Shown: piece by piece, positions 28,159-36,594 of the stretch | Position numbering within the stretch: position 1 is the first letter of the stretch | How the letters are laid out: every line of letters begins with the position of its first letter | Origin: Pseudomonadales bacterium | GTDB lineage: Bacteria; Pseudomonadota; Gammaproteobacteria; Pseudomonadales; Pseudohongiellaceae | Assembly (NCBI GenBank): GCA_022360535.1 | Contig: JAKSCP010000398.1 | Location: 1 to 37,756, forward strand | Reading direction: 5' to 3' | DNA: 37,756 nucleotides | Program-made: the position numbers and the translations under genes | The notes under the pieces: generated by a model | The model's input: only the letters and a program-made list of their open reading frames with translations | The model's database searches: none | What the model was told of the DNA's origin: nothing

Positions 28159-29025
28159 CTACTTGATCATGTCTAAAGATATGCGCCCCATGCCAGCAAA
28201 CCCTCTGCTATTGTTTTCATGGGTGAGCAGTATTTCTTCCGCAGTCAGCCACAGTACCGCTTCCCATTGGTCTGAGGGGAAAAACTGTATGGATCGCATG
28301 TTGTCCCAATCTACTCCACTCTCTGTGGTGGGCGCATACCAGATGAATTTCAGTGGGGAGAATGCTCTGCGTTGGTTGCTGACCAATAGCAGATCACTCG
28401 TTTCGGGATGAATATCGGCTGCGGTTACCAACGAATCCACCACAAGAGACTGGCTGGGCATTGGTGAATAGTTACCCGGCACTTTTGGAATGCGATAGAG
28501 GTTAGTGTTGCCATCTCCCCGGTTTTTGGTGAACAGCCATAACTCATCACCACGCACCGCAAGCCCTTCGGAATCAAAATTATGAGCACCGGGATTTCCG
28601 GCGACATAATCACCATAACTGAATGAGATGACTTCCGCAGTAGCAGAACCCGATTCCAGCTCGTTCCAGGCAACTTTATAAATAGTCAGTTGATCCCTGC
28701 TGTTAAAGTTGTTTCCTGTGTCTGCAATATAGAGATACTGATCATCCTGGGCTAATGATTCCCAATCTACATTTTCGGCATTGGTGATCGTAGTGGTCGA
28801 GACCAGACTTCCATCCTCATCCAATTGGTAAACTTCGGCGGCATTGCCGCTGTCATTTATCGTCCAATAGAAGTTCCCGCGCTTGGCTAGTCCAGAACTT
28901 TCGTCGATTAATGGAGAAAATCGGGCTAGCTGCTCAATAGTTGGTCCGGATTCAGAAGAATCAGCGGCGTCACAGGCAGCAAGAGCAAAGACGAAGCAAA
29001 GAAAGGCCAGGTGTGAGTAGGTCAT
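28159..29025 (-). CDS. lipoprotein, probable beta-propeller (SdiA-regulated/phytase-like-type repeats)
   Basis: Start re-called to ATG 29025: MTYSHLAFLCFVFALAAC, a lipobox. Motifs ESSGLA...WTINDSGN, VDWESLA...LYIADTGNN and FDSEGLAV. The track extension to 29154 would read through a terminator hairpin. Confidence 0.5.
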   Translation of the reverse strand: MTYSHLAFLCFVFALAACDAADSSESGPTIEQLARFSPLIDESSGLAKRGNFYWTINDSGNAAEVYQLDEDGSLVSTTTITNAENVDWESLAQDDQYLYIADTGNNFNSRDQLTIYKVAWNELESGSATAEVISFSYGDYVAGNPGAHNFDSEGLAVRGDELWLFTKNRGDGNTNLYRIPKVPGNYSPMPSQSLVVDSLVTAADIHPETSDLLLVSNQRRAFSPLKFIWYAPTTESGVDWDNMRSIQFFPSDQWEAVLWLTAEEILLTHENNSRGFAGMGRISLDMIK

Positions 29026-29034
29026 CGCTTGTCG

Positions 29035-29066
29035 GTGTGCCAGGAATTGAGTGTGCCAGGAATTGA
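29035..29066. repeat. perfect 2 x 16-bp tandem direct repeat just upstream of the lipoprotein start
   Basis: GTGTGCCAGGAATTGA occurs at 29035..29050 and again at 29051..29066. It lies 10-41 nt upstream of ATG 29025 on the minus strand. Confidence 0.9.
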
Positions 29067-29090
29067 TCGCCTCAAGATGACAAAGTGTAG

Positions 29091-29128
29091 ACAAAAGAAA
29101 AGGGCTCGCCAATCGGCTGAGCCCTTTT
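29091..29128 (-). terminator. rho-independent terminator ending the PQQ-dehydrogenase/YceI/YceI operon
   Basis: The minus strand reads AAAAGGGCTC-agccgattggc-GAGCCCTTTT followed by CTTTTGT, starting 30 nt after the YceI stop at 29158. Confidence 0.75.
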
Positions 29129-29157
29129 CGTAAATCGGTGTTACTTGAACGCACTAA

Positions 29158-29799
29158 CTATCCTGCATCCATAAACTCCACATGCACTTCCAGCTCGATC
29201 TCATCGCCCACACCGAAACTGGTGAATCGATCTACGCCAAAGTCTGAGCGCAGGAATGTCACCGCGCCGGAAAAACCAACCGTGTAGCTACGGGTGAGGA
29301 AATTGCGTCCACCACCATGAAACTCTACTTCCAGATTCACTGGAGCCGTTACGCCATGAAAAGTCAGTTCACCAGCATAGACGAAAGTATTGTCACCGGT
29401 GGATTCCACAAAGGAAGTTGTGCGGTACACAGCCTGTGGGTAGTTGGCAACATCAAGCCAGTCATCCCCGCGTAGCTCCTCTTCAAACTCTGGGAGATTA
29501 ACGTTGATGGACGACATATCCACGATAACTTCCAGGTTGGCGTTCTCGATATCTTCGGGATCGAAATCCAGAGTGGCATCAAAAGTTTCGAAGCGACCCA
29601 GGAATGTGGAGAAGCCCAGATGATTCAATTTAAACAGCAGCGCGGCATGATCCGTATCCAACGTGTACGCACCTGCTCGAAGCTCTGTGATCTCGGTAGT
29701 CTGATCGGGTGTCACCAGGCGATCACAGGCACCTAACAAAGCCAGAGCAGCAATGATAAGTGGCGTGCGAGCTATGCCGACATTTAATTGTTTTAACAT
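29158..29799 (-). CDS. YceI-family (polyisoprenoid-binding-like) lipoprotein
   Basis: YTLDTDHAALLFKLNHLGFSTFLGRFETFDATLDFDP...NLEVIVDMSSINV...LTFHGVT is the YceI pattern. Lipobox LLGAC. Confidence 0.8.
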   Translation of the reverse strand: MLKQLNVGIARTPLIIAALALLGACDRLVTPDQTTEITELRAGAYTLDTDHAALLFKLNHLGFSTFLGRFETFDATLDFDPEDIENANLEVIVDMSSINVNLPEFEEELRGDDWLDVANYPQAVYRTTSFVESTGDNTFVYAGELTFHGVTAPVNLEVEFHGGGRNFLTRSYTVGFSGAVTFLRSDFGVDRFTSFGVGDEIELEVHVEFMDAG

Positions 29800-29832
29800 G
29801 GAGAAACCTATTCTTATGTAGTTAACAGCTGG

Positions 29833-30408
29833 CTATTGCTGCATTGCGTAGACGTCTACGATGACTTTGACTTCGTTAGGCACTTCAGCGGTATTCGCCC
29901 AGTAACCCTGCCCTACACCGTACTCCAGACGCAGAATTTCTACTTCGCTGGTCAGATGAAAACACACCTGTCCATCGCAAGTCTCAATGCTGAGATCGAA
30001 AGGAAAGGTCATGGGGTTGGTTTGATCACGGATAGTCAGCGTGCCATCGGACTCAAAAGAAGTGACTCCAGTCAGTCGGCATTGCTCAGCACTGAAAGTG
30101 GCGGTCGGCCAGGTGTCTACATCGAACAACTCGTAGTCCAACAAGTAGTCCAGCACTTCGGGAGAATCCACATCGATATCTTCAATGTGAATCGTCACAT
30201 CGAATTTGCAGCTACCGGGACGCATAGGATCGATGTCGAAGTTGGCCTCGACATTGGCAAACACACCCTGGTAAGGATCCGTACCGTAGGAATACTCAAA
30301 GATAACTTGAGACATCCCGGGATCGAGCACCCAGTTGGCTGCATTGGCTTGTACTCCCAAGCCTGCTAGCGCTAGACCTAGAATCGCTCGATTGATTAAT
30401 TTACGCAT
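29833..30408 (-). CDS. YceI-family periplasmic protein (second copy)
   Basis: Signal peptide, then WVLDPGMSQVIFEYSY...GVFANVEANFDIDP...FDVTIHIEDIDV...ATFSAE...GTLTIRDQTNPMTF. Confidence 0.75.
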   Translation of the reverse strand: MRKLINRAILGLALAGLGVQANAANWVLDPGMSQVIFEYSYGTDPYQGVFANVEANFDIDPMRPGSCKFDVTIHIEDIDVDSPEVLDYLLDYELFDVDTWPTATFSAEQCRLTGVTSFESDGTLTIRDQTNPMTFPFDLSIETCDGQVCFHLTSEVEILRLEYGVGQGYWANTAEVPNEVKVIVDVYAMQQ

Positions 30409-30432
30409 GGTTCAAATCACTCCTGTTTCAAT

Positions 30433-32373
30433 TTACGGCAAGGCCAGGGCAACGAGTTCCGCTGCTTGACCACCACCGCCGACGAACATGGCAATGTACT
30501 GTTTGCCGTCGTGCTCGTAAGTAAAAGGTAGGCCAGATTGATTGTTGGGCAAATCAATCTCGGCAAGAATTTCTCCAGTCTGTTTGTCGACTGCTCTGAA
30601 AATCGGACTGGCGCCTGGACCACCGGTGCCCTCGCCCACAAACAGGAGAGTTTTGGTCACAAAGATGCCAGCACGCGTTGGAATGCCTGTGCGGCCCACA
30701 TCAACGCCTTCCAGCAACCGATGGTTGGCGACGCGATCTGGTGTATCGGCATTGGCAATCATCCACAGATGATCGCCCGAATTCATATCGATGGCAGTGA
30801 TGCGTCCATAAGGGGGTTTGACGATATCCAGCCCTTGAATACGTGGCACGCGCACACCGAAAGCAGCACTGAGATCCAAATCTGAATTTTCATCTTTCTC
30901 CAGCGACATGACTGCCAGGGCTGTTCTGGAAGGCACGTAGAGAATGCCAGTCTCTGGATCAATGGCTGCGCCTTCCCAGTTAGCTCCGCCGGTTGCAGAA
31001 GGCAAGGTCAAAACACCACGAGTTCCGTCATCGGCTTCTTCCAGTGAGGGAGGCGTGTAGACACTGGGAGCAAGTCGAAAGCCTTCCAATGACGCTAATG
31101 CGAGAGCGCGAATCTCTGGAGTCCAATCCACGAGATCATCTTCAGTGAATCCCTGACGATCATAAGGGGCTGGCCGAGTGGGATGGGGCTGAGTGGGTGA
31201 ATACCATTCACCTGGTACATCGCCCGCTGGTACCGGTAATTCTTCGATTGGCCAGATTGGCTCTCCGGTTTCCCGATCGAAGGTATAGACCCAATTCTGT
31301 TTGGTCACCGACATCAAAATCTTCCTGCCGTTTGGAAGATCGGAAAGGATGGGTGCGGAGGGAATGTCCCAGTCCCAGATATCGTGATGGGTTAACTGGT
31401 AGTGCCACTGACGTTCTCCAGTTTTGATATCCAGCGCCACGATTGAGTCAGAGAAAAGATTATCGCCTGGACGGTCGCCGCCAAAGCGGTCGCCTGTGGC
31501 AGACTCTACGGGCAGATATACCAGACCCAACTCCGGGTCCCCGGACATGGGCGCCCAGACACCAGCATTACCGGTGAATTCTACGCCGCCATCGAGCCAG
31601 GTTTCGAAACCCACATCACCGCGCTCAGGAACGGTGCGGAAAGTCCACAGTAATTCTCCAGTACGCACATCAAAGCCACGAATATCACCTTTTACATTGG
31701 ATTTGGATCGCGGCCGCATGCCTACACGGTGTGCAGCACCGACAACGATCACGTCATTCATGACAAAAGGTGCTGCAGAGAGGCCTATGTCCGGATAGGG
31801 GAAGCGTGGATCGTCGGCGTTTCGCAGACCAACGAACAAGTCCACGATGCCATTGTCGCCAAAGCTTGGATCCGGAATACCCGTTTCGGCATCCAGTGAA
31901 ACCAGGTGATAACCTGGAGTGACATCGATTACGCGTTTGCTGTCACCATCGGTCCAATAGGCAACTCCGCGGCCAGCACCTTTACGGGGCGCCTCATCAA
32001 AGCGCTGCCCTTCCTGCGGCCGCCAAACCCACAGTACCTGTCCAGAAGTTGCGTCCAACGCCACCACATTGCGAGTGCTGGCAACATTGGCATACAGCAC
32101 GCCATCAACTTCCAGTGGTGTTGATGGGTTGTTGAAATCGGTGGTCGGTCCAAAGTTTGCTGTAGAAAACTGCCAGGCGACTTCCAGCTCCGCTACATTA
32201 TCCGCATTGATCTGATCGAGCGGGGAATAACGCTGAGCAAACTCATCGCCGTGGTATTCAGGCCAATCGCCTTCGTAAACGCTGGTGCCAGATTGACCCA
32301 TGGCAATGGGGGTGGCGAGCAGAGCGCCTGATGCAGCCATGACTAATGAAATCTGGCGTATTTTTGTTGTCAT
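30433..32373 (-). CDS. periplasmic PQQ-dependent dehydrogenase (8-bladed quinoprotein family)
   Basis: GDWPEYHGDEFAQRYSPLDQINADNVAELEVAWQF is the typical quinoprotein N-terminus, and W-rich propeller repeats run throughout. Start re-called to ATG 32373 (MTTKIRQISLVMAASGALLATPIAMG signal). The protein from this start contains no cysteine. Confidence 0.8.
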   Translation of the reverse strand: MTTKIRQISLVMAASGALLATPIAMGQSGTSVYEGDWPEYHGDEFAQRYSPLDQINADNVAELEVAWQFSTANFGPTTDFNNPSTPLEVDGVLYANVASTRNVVALDATSGQVLWVWRPQEGQRFDEAPRKGAGRGVAYWTDGDSKRVIDVTPGYHLVSLDAETGIPDPSFGDNGIVDLFVGLRNADDPRFPYPDIGLSAAPFVMNDVIVVGAAHRVGMRPRSKSNVKGDIRGFDVRTGELLWTFRTVPERGDVGFETWLDGGVEFTGNAGVWAPMSGDPELGLVYLPVESATGDRFGGDRPGDNLFSDSIVALDIKTGERQWHYQLTHHDIWDWDIPSAPILSDLPNGRKILMSVTKQNWVYTFDRETGEPIWPIEELPVPAGDVPGEWYSPTQPHPTRPAPYDRQGFTEDDLVDWTPEIRALALASLEGFRLAPSVYTPPSLEEADDGTRGVLTLPSATGGANWEGAAIDPETGILYVPSRTALAVMSLEKDENSDLDLSAAFGVRVPRIQGLDIVKPPYGRITAIDMNSGDHLWMIANADTPDRVANHRLLEGVDVGRTGIPTRAGIFVTKTLLFVGEGTGGPGASPIFRAVDKQTGEILAEIDLPNNQSGLPFTYEHDGKQYIAMFVGGGGQAAELVALALP

Positions 32374-32947
32374 CGTGGAATCTCTCACTTCAGTCTCTGT
32401 ATTCTGGGTGCAGGGTGACTCTTTACCGTTACCGAGTTCCTTGCTCAATTCTTTATTAATTTGACTCTCTCCAATCGGCTTCGTTCTAGATCATTCCGCA
32501 GCTGATCGCGCCGACTCCTCTTTTTGGCTTCAGCCTGATTTTAGGGTTTGTTTTTATGTCCTTGGAACCGGCCAGGAGGCAGGTGGCTGAAAGAACCGGA
32601 AGAATAAGCAATCTCCCTTCTACATGCAAGCCAAAACCGTTGAATTGAGTGAATAAAGCCCATCAATATCAGTCACTTAGCTCTCTTTTAAGCGAAACGA
32701 TTTGTAATTCTTTGTAACTACCAATCAGTAGCCTAAAAGTTGAAATGACAACTTGTTTGCGAAGCTGAATGGCTATTCAGTGTTGATTCAGCTTAGGACC
32801 CGGTTCTGCGCCTGAACCCGCTGCAGAAAGACAGGTTTGATCAGGCAGGGAATGGCTTTTGGTTTGTCATACCCAGGCGTATACTCGGATCAAAGGCAGT
32901 ACTTTCGATTGACCTCACCACATAGCCTCACAAAGAAGGAGAGCGCA

Positions 32948-34192
32948 ATGAGTTCAAAAAAAACTGATCGAAGGGAATTCTTAAAGCAAGGAGCTGCACT
33001 GGCCAGTGCCGCCGCGCTTGGCGCAACGGCACGCTCTGCTTCAGGGCAATTACCCGGACCCGAGGCACAACTGCCAGGCACAGACGAACTGGTAGCTTAC
33101 GGCAAACGCTCAAGATTTGTAGATTCCAAGCGCATTCCCCATGGCGGCCGCCATTCACCGGATCAATTCGGTCTCGATTTTCATATCGCGACCCCGCTGC
33201 AAGATTCCTACGGCGTTATTACTCCTTCATCCCTGCACTATGTGGGCACCACCCGGGGCTCCTTCGTGCCGGATATCGATCCGGACAAACACCATCTAAT
33301 GATTCACGGCATGGTGGACAATCCGCTGGTTTTTACCATGGATGAACTCAAGCGCTTGCCGTCAGTGACCCGATTGCATTTCATCGAATGCGCAGGCAAT
33401 CGCGCGAACAGCCGCCATGTCACAGTGCAGGAAACCCACGGCATGACCAGCTGTGCGGAATGGACAGGGGTGTTGCTATCAACACTGTTGGAAGAAGCAG
33501 GGGTACAGGAAGGTGGCGACTGGATCATCGCCGAGGGAGTGGAAGAAGTAAAAGGCACTTCCAGTATCCCCATGACCAAAGCTATGGCCGACTGCATCGT
33601 GTGTTATGGCATGAACGGTGAAGATGTACGGCCGCAGCAGGGCTATCCGCTGCGACTCATGGTGCCCGGTGGCGAGGGCATCTTGAATGTGAAATGGCTG
33701 CGGCGCATCAAAGTGGTAGATCAGTTCTACATGACTTACAACGATTACGGACACCTGCGGCAAGACCCTGCAGACGCCGCGCTTGCTCTGCAAATTGGTC
33801 CGAAGTCGGTGATTACTTTTCCTTCCGGTGGACAACAACTCCCAGGCGCTGGATTCTATGAGGTACGCGGTCTGGCCTGGTCCGGGCAAGGCAGAGTTGC
33901 CAGAGTAGAAGTCTCTACCGATGGAGGCGAGTCCTGGTTTGATGCGGATATCCGCGGAGAAGCCCATCCCATGGCGCATACTGCCTTTAGTTTCAACTGG
34001 ACCTGGGACGGTGAACCCTGCGAGCTGCAATCTCGCTGCATCGATGACATTGGCCAGATACAACCCTCGCGGCAACAGGCCATCGAGTTCTGGGAAAGTG
34101 AAGGTGGACGTCGTCGGGTGAAAGGCCAGGACAATTCCATCCAACCCTGGCGCGTCGATGCTGACGGGAGCGTGCACAATGCGATCGCCTAG
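32948..34192 (+). CDS. sulfite-oxidase-family molybdopterin oxidoreductase (SorA/SoxC-like), Tat-exported
   Basis: AAGGAG RBS 6 nt upstream of ATG 32948. Twin-arginine signal MSSKKTDRREFLKQGAALASAAALGA. Mo-ligand motif HFIECAGNR. YPLRLMVPG..G...VKWLRRI. The track start at 32837 is over-extended. Confidence 0.85.
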   Translation: MSSKKTDRREFLKQGAALASAAALGATARSASGQLPGPEAQLPGTDELVAYGKRSRFVDSKRIPHGGRHSPDQFGLDFHIATPLQDSYGVITPSSLHYVGTTRGSFVPDIDPDKHHLMIHGMVDNPLVFTMDELKRLPSVTRLHFIECAGNRANSRHVTVQETHGMTSCAEWTGVLLSTLLEEAGVQEGGDWIIAEGVEEVKGTSSIPMTKAMADCIVCYGMNGEDVRPQQGYPLRLMVPGGEGILNVKWLRRIKVVDQFYMTYNDYGHLRQDPADAALALQIGPKSVITFPSGGQQLPGAGFYEVRGLAWSGQGRVARVEVSTDGGESWFDADIRGEAHPMAHTAFSFNWTWDGEPCELQSRCIDDIGQIQPSRQQAIEFWESEGGRRRVKGQDNSIQPWRVDADGSVHNAIA

Positions 34193-34769
34193 GCTTTGGT
34201 TGGGTGCAATTGGCGCTGCAGTTTCAATCTTAGTACTGGGCTTTCACTCCCAGGCCCAATCACCAACCTATGGCGTAGGAAGAACCCCAACTGCCGAAGA
34301 AATCCAGGCCTGGGACATTTCCATCTCACCGATAACCGGTGATGAATTGCCGATGGGCAAAGGCACAGCAGATCAAGGATCGGAACTGTTTCTGTCCAAA
34401 GGCTGTGCCGGCTGTCATGGCACTGATGGACAAGGCATGATTGCTCCGCGTCTGGTTAAGCGAGATATCGCGACTCCCGATGATCCCTGGCAATGGGGCC
34501 GGGTGTTGCCGATACGAGCACCTTACGCACCAGTGGTTTGGGACTACATTAATCGGGGTATGCCGTTAGGCCAGGAAGGCACGCTCACCGCCGACGAAGT
34601 GTATTCGCTGACAGCCTTTTTGTTGTATTTGAATGATGTGATTGAGGACGACCAGTTCGAGCTTAATCAGGACAGCCTGCCGCAAATTCAAATGCCCAAT
34701 CGAGACAACTGGGCTGAGTTGCCGGAATGGCTACCGGGCCAACCCAGACTCCAGGGCTACCCTTATTAA
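34179..34769 (+). CDS. c-type cytochrome subunit (SorB/SoxD-like)
   Basis: Signal peptide MRSPRLWLGAIGAAVSILVLGFHSQAQS and haem motif CAGCHG. It overlaps the end of the molybdoenzyme gene by 14 nt (alternative ATG at 34158). Confidence 0.8.
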   Translation: MRSPRLWLGAIGAAVSILVLGFHSQAQSPTYGVGRTPTAEEIQAWDISISPITGDELPMGKGTADQGSELFLSKGCAGCHGTDGQGMIAPRLVKRDIATPDDPWQWGRVLPIRAPYAPVVWDYINRGMPLGQEGTLTADEVYSLTAFLLYLNDVIEDDQFELNQDSLPQIQMPNRDNWAELPEWLPGQPRLQGYPY

Positions 34770-34787
34770 TCGATCGTTCTACTAATT

Positions 34788-34818
34788 CCGTGGCGGCGAG
34801 TGATCTCTCGCGCCACGG
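34788..34818 (+). terminator. GC-rich hairpin after the cytochrome c gene (terminator-like, no U-tract)
   Basis: CCGTGGCG(g)CGAG-tgatct-CTCG-CGCCACGG gives 8 + 4 bp with one bulge, starting 19 nt after the stop at 34769. Confidence 0.35.
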
Positions 34819-34934
34819 CTGGTAAATACTCCGATTGCCTCCCGGAAAGATTCTGCTCTCCATCAGAATTGGAGAGACTCAGCCTGACAATTCGAATAGT
34901 ATCCAAAGTCCAGCTTGCGAGTTTAGAAAGATCT

Positions 34935-35570
34935 ATGGACAGAGCAGAAACCAGTCTTGCAGTCGTCGTCAGTTTCCTGGCATTGGCAGGCATTGCTGGT
35001 TCCATCTTTTTCCTGATTTCTGGTGGCGCCAATTCACAGTTTGAAACTTATCCGGTAATCACCAGGCTGCACGTGATCCCTGGCATGGTCTATCTCGCAC
35101 TCGCTCCGCTTCAATTTTCGAAAACGATTCGCAGCAAATCTGCCGGTTATCACCGCTGGGTTGGCAGGTTACTTGCGGGCATCGCGATGATCTCTGGAGC
35201 CGGGGCTTTGTTTCTGGGCATCATCATTCCTTATTCTGGTCTGCCTGAACAAATCATTATTGGAATATTCGGAACCTTCTTTCTGGTAGCAACCATTCGC
35301 GGGTTTGTAAGCGCCCGGAGCAAAAATTTCCAGGCGCACCGGGAATGGATGATGCGTGCTTTTGCTATTGGCCTCAGCATCGCCACGATGCGGCTTATCT
35401 TTGTGCCAATTCTGATTGGTCTCGGCGAGCCAAGCGTAGAACAGGCTCAACTCTATTCGATAATTTCGTTTTCCATCGCGTTCGCTTTGCATAGTGGCTT
35501 CGCTGAATACTGGATCATTCGAACCCGACCCAAAACATCAAGACAAGATGCCACCCTGGTAGCAACCTAG
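34935..35570 (+). CDS. DUF2306-like integral membrane protein
   Basis: Start re-called to ATG 34935 (MDRAETSLAVVVSFLAL...). HVIPGMVYLALAPLQF...YHRWVGR...HREWMMRAFAIGLSIATMRL resembles my recollection of DUF2306. About 6 TM. Confidence 0.6.
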   Translation: MDRAETSLAVVVSFLALAGIAGSIFFLISGGANSQFETYPVITRLHVIPGMVYLALAPLQFSKTIRSKSAGYHRWVGRLLAGIAMISGAGALFLGIIIPYSGLPEQIIIGIFGTFFLVATIRGFVSARSKNFQAHREWMMRAFAIGLSIATMRLIFVPILIGLGEPSVEQAQLYSIISFSIAFALHSGFAEYWIIRTRPKTSRQDATLVAT

Positions 35571-35601
35571 TATTTTTGAGCCGAGTTACACCCGCCACCC
35601 C

Positions 35602-36579
35602 ATGCCTGCTGCCGAACACAAACGTGCTGTGATTTTTGATACCGACATCGGTATTGACGATGCCATGGCTTTGTTGTTTCTGCACTATGCACCTACTATC
35701 GAAATCGTCGGTATCACCACACGATTCGGCAATGCCAGTGTTGAAAACACAACAAATAATGCGCTCGCTGTGGCAGAGAAGTTTTCTATCTCGGCGGCGG
35801 TCTACAAAGGGGCTGCCGGGCCGTTAGGAAATCGCCTGGGTGAAGGGTTCCCGACCCATGTGCATGGCGAGAATGGCATGGGAAACATCGAATTGGGCAA
35901 ACCATCTCTTCAAGCCGAGTCAATCGATGCTGCCCATGCAATCGTCAATCTATGCAAACAACATGAGAGCCTTTCCATTGTTGCTGTAGGCGGACTGACT
36001 AATATCGCTGCCGCATTGGCCCTCGATGCCTCCATAGCTCAACAGTTAGACGATGTTGTGATCATGGGTGGTGCATTTGGCTATAGCGGTCATAGAGGTA
36101 ATGTCTCTCCGGTAGCAGAAGCCAATATCGCCAGCGATCCATTGGCTGCCGATATCGTGTTTTCCAGTGAAATTCAGACCAGCGTTGTCGGGTTGGACGT
36201 GACTCATGAAGTCGTGTTTGGCAAAGACTTCATTCAGGAACTGGCAGCACGTGCCGGTGAAGCAGGAAGATTTATCCGTGAGGCTACTGACTATTATTTG
36301 AATTTCTACCACAGTCTCAGCGGTGAGTATCAATGTCCGCTGCATGATTCCTGTGCGGTAGCCTTTCTGTTGCGACCTGACCTGTTTACCACCGTGCAGC
36401 AACCGGTACGCGTGGTCTCAGAAGGAATCGCCATTGGACAAACCATCCACAGCAATGACATCAGACGATACGTCAGTGAGGAATGGGACGGCATTCCGAA
36501 GAGCAATGTGTGCACTGCCGTCGATGCTGCAGGTGTACTCGATCTTTACCAATCCACTCTTGCACTGGCTGGCGAATAG
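35602..36579 (+). CDS. nucleoside hydrolase (inosine/uridine-preferring IUNH family)
   Basis: N-terminal calcium/ribose-binding fingerprint VIFDTDIGIDDAMAL, plus GGLTNIA and CPLHDSCAVAF. Confidence 0.9.
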   Translation: MPAAEHKRAVIFDTDIGIDDAMALLFLHYAPTIEIVGITTRFGNASVENTTNNALAVAEKFSISAAVYKGAAGPLGNRLGEGFPTHVHGENGMGNIELGKPSLQAESIDAAHAIVNLCKQHESLSIVAVGGLTNIAAALALDASIAQQLDDVVIMGGAFGYSGHRGNVSPVAEANIASDPLAADIVFSSEIQTSVVGLDVTHEVVFGKDFIQELAARAGEAGRFIREATDYYLNFYHSLSGEYQCPLHDSCAVAFLLRPDLFTTVQQPVRVVSEGIAIGQTIHSNDIRRYVSEEWDGIPKSNVCTAVDAAGVLDLYQSTLALAGE

Positions 36580-36594
36580 CTGCAGGCACAGACC

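Noticed and set aside
29035-29066. Sigma-54 promoter, because TGGCAC (the -24 element) occurs in each repeat unit on the minus strand
   Set aside because: Neither copy has the obligatory GC of the -12 element at GG-N10-GC spacing; the positions read TC and AG.
29026-29154. N-terminal extension of the lipoprotein ORF, and similar track extensions at 32837..32947, 32374..32448, 34800..34934, 27075..27143, 17178..17240, 9408..9464 and 25679..25756
   Set aside because: The extensions start at GTG/TTG or run through terminators, operators or repeats. They precede internal ATGs that give clean signal peptides, Tat motifs, lipoboxes or conserved family N-termini.
33479-34179. 232-aa and 107-aa minus-strand ORFs
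   Set aside because: They lie antisense inside the Tat-exported molybdoenzyme gene and have no motifs. The same reasoning applies to 29836..30369 (+, inside the YceI gene), 36653..37153 (-, inside the ribokinase gene), 10697..11515 (-, inside the MMPL gene) and 17483..18177 (+, inside the PilZ gene).
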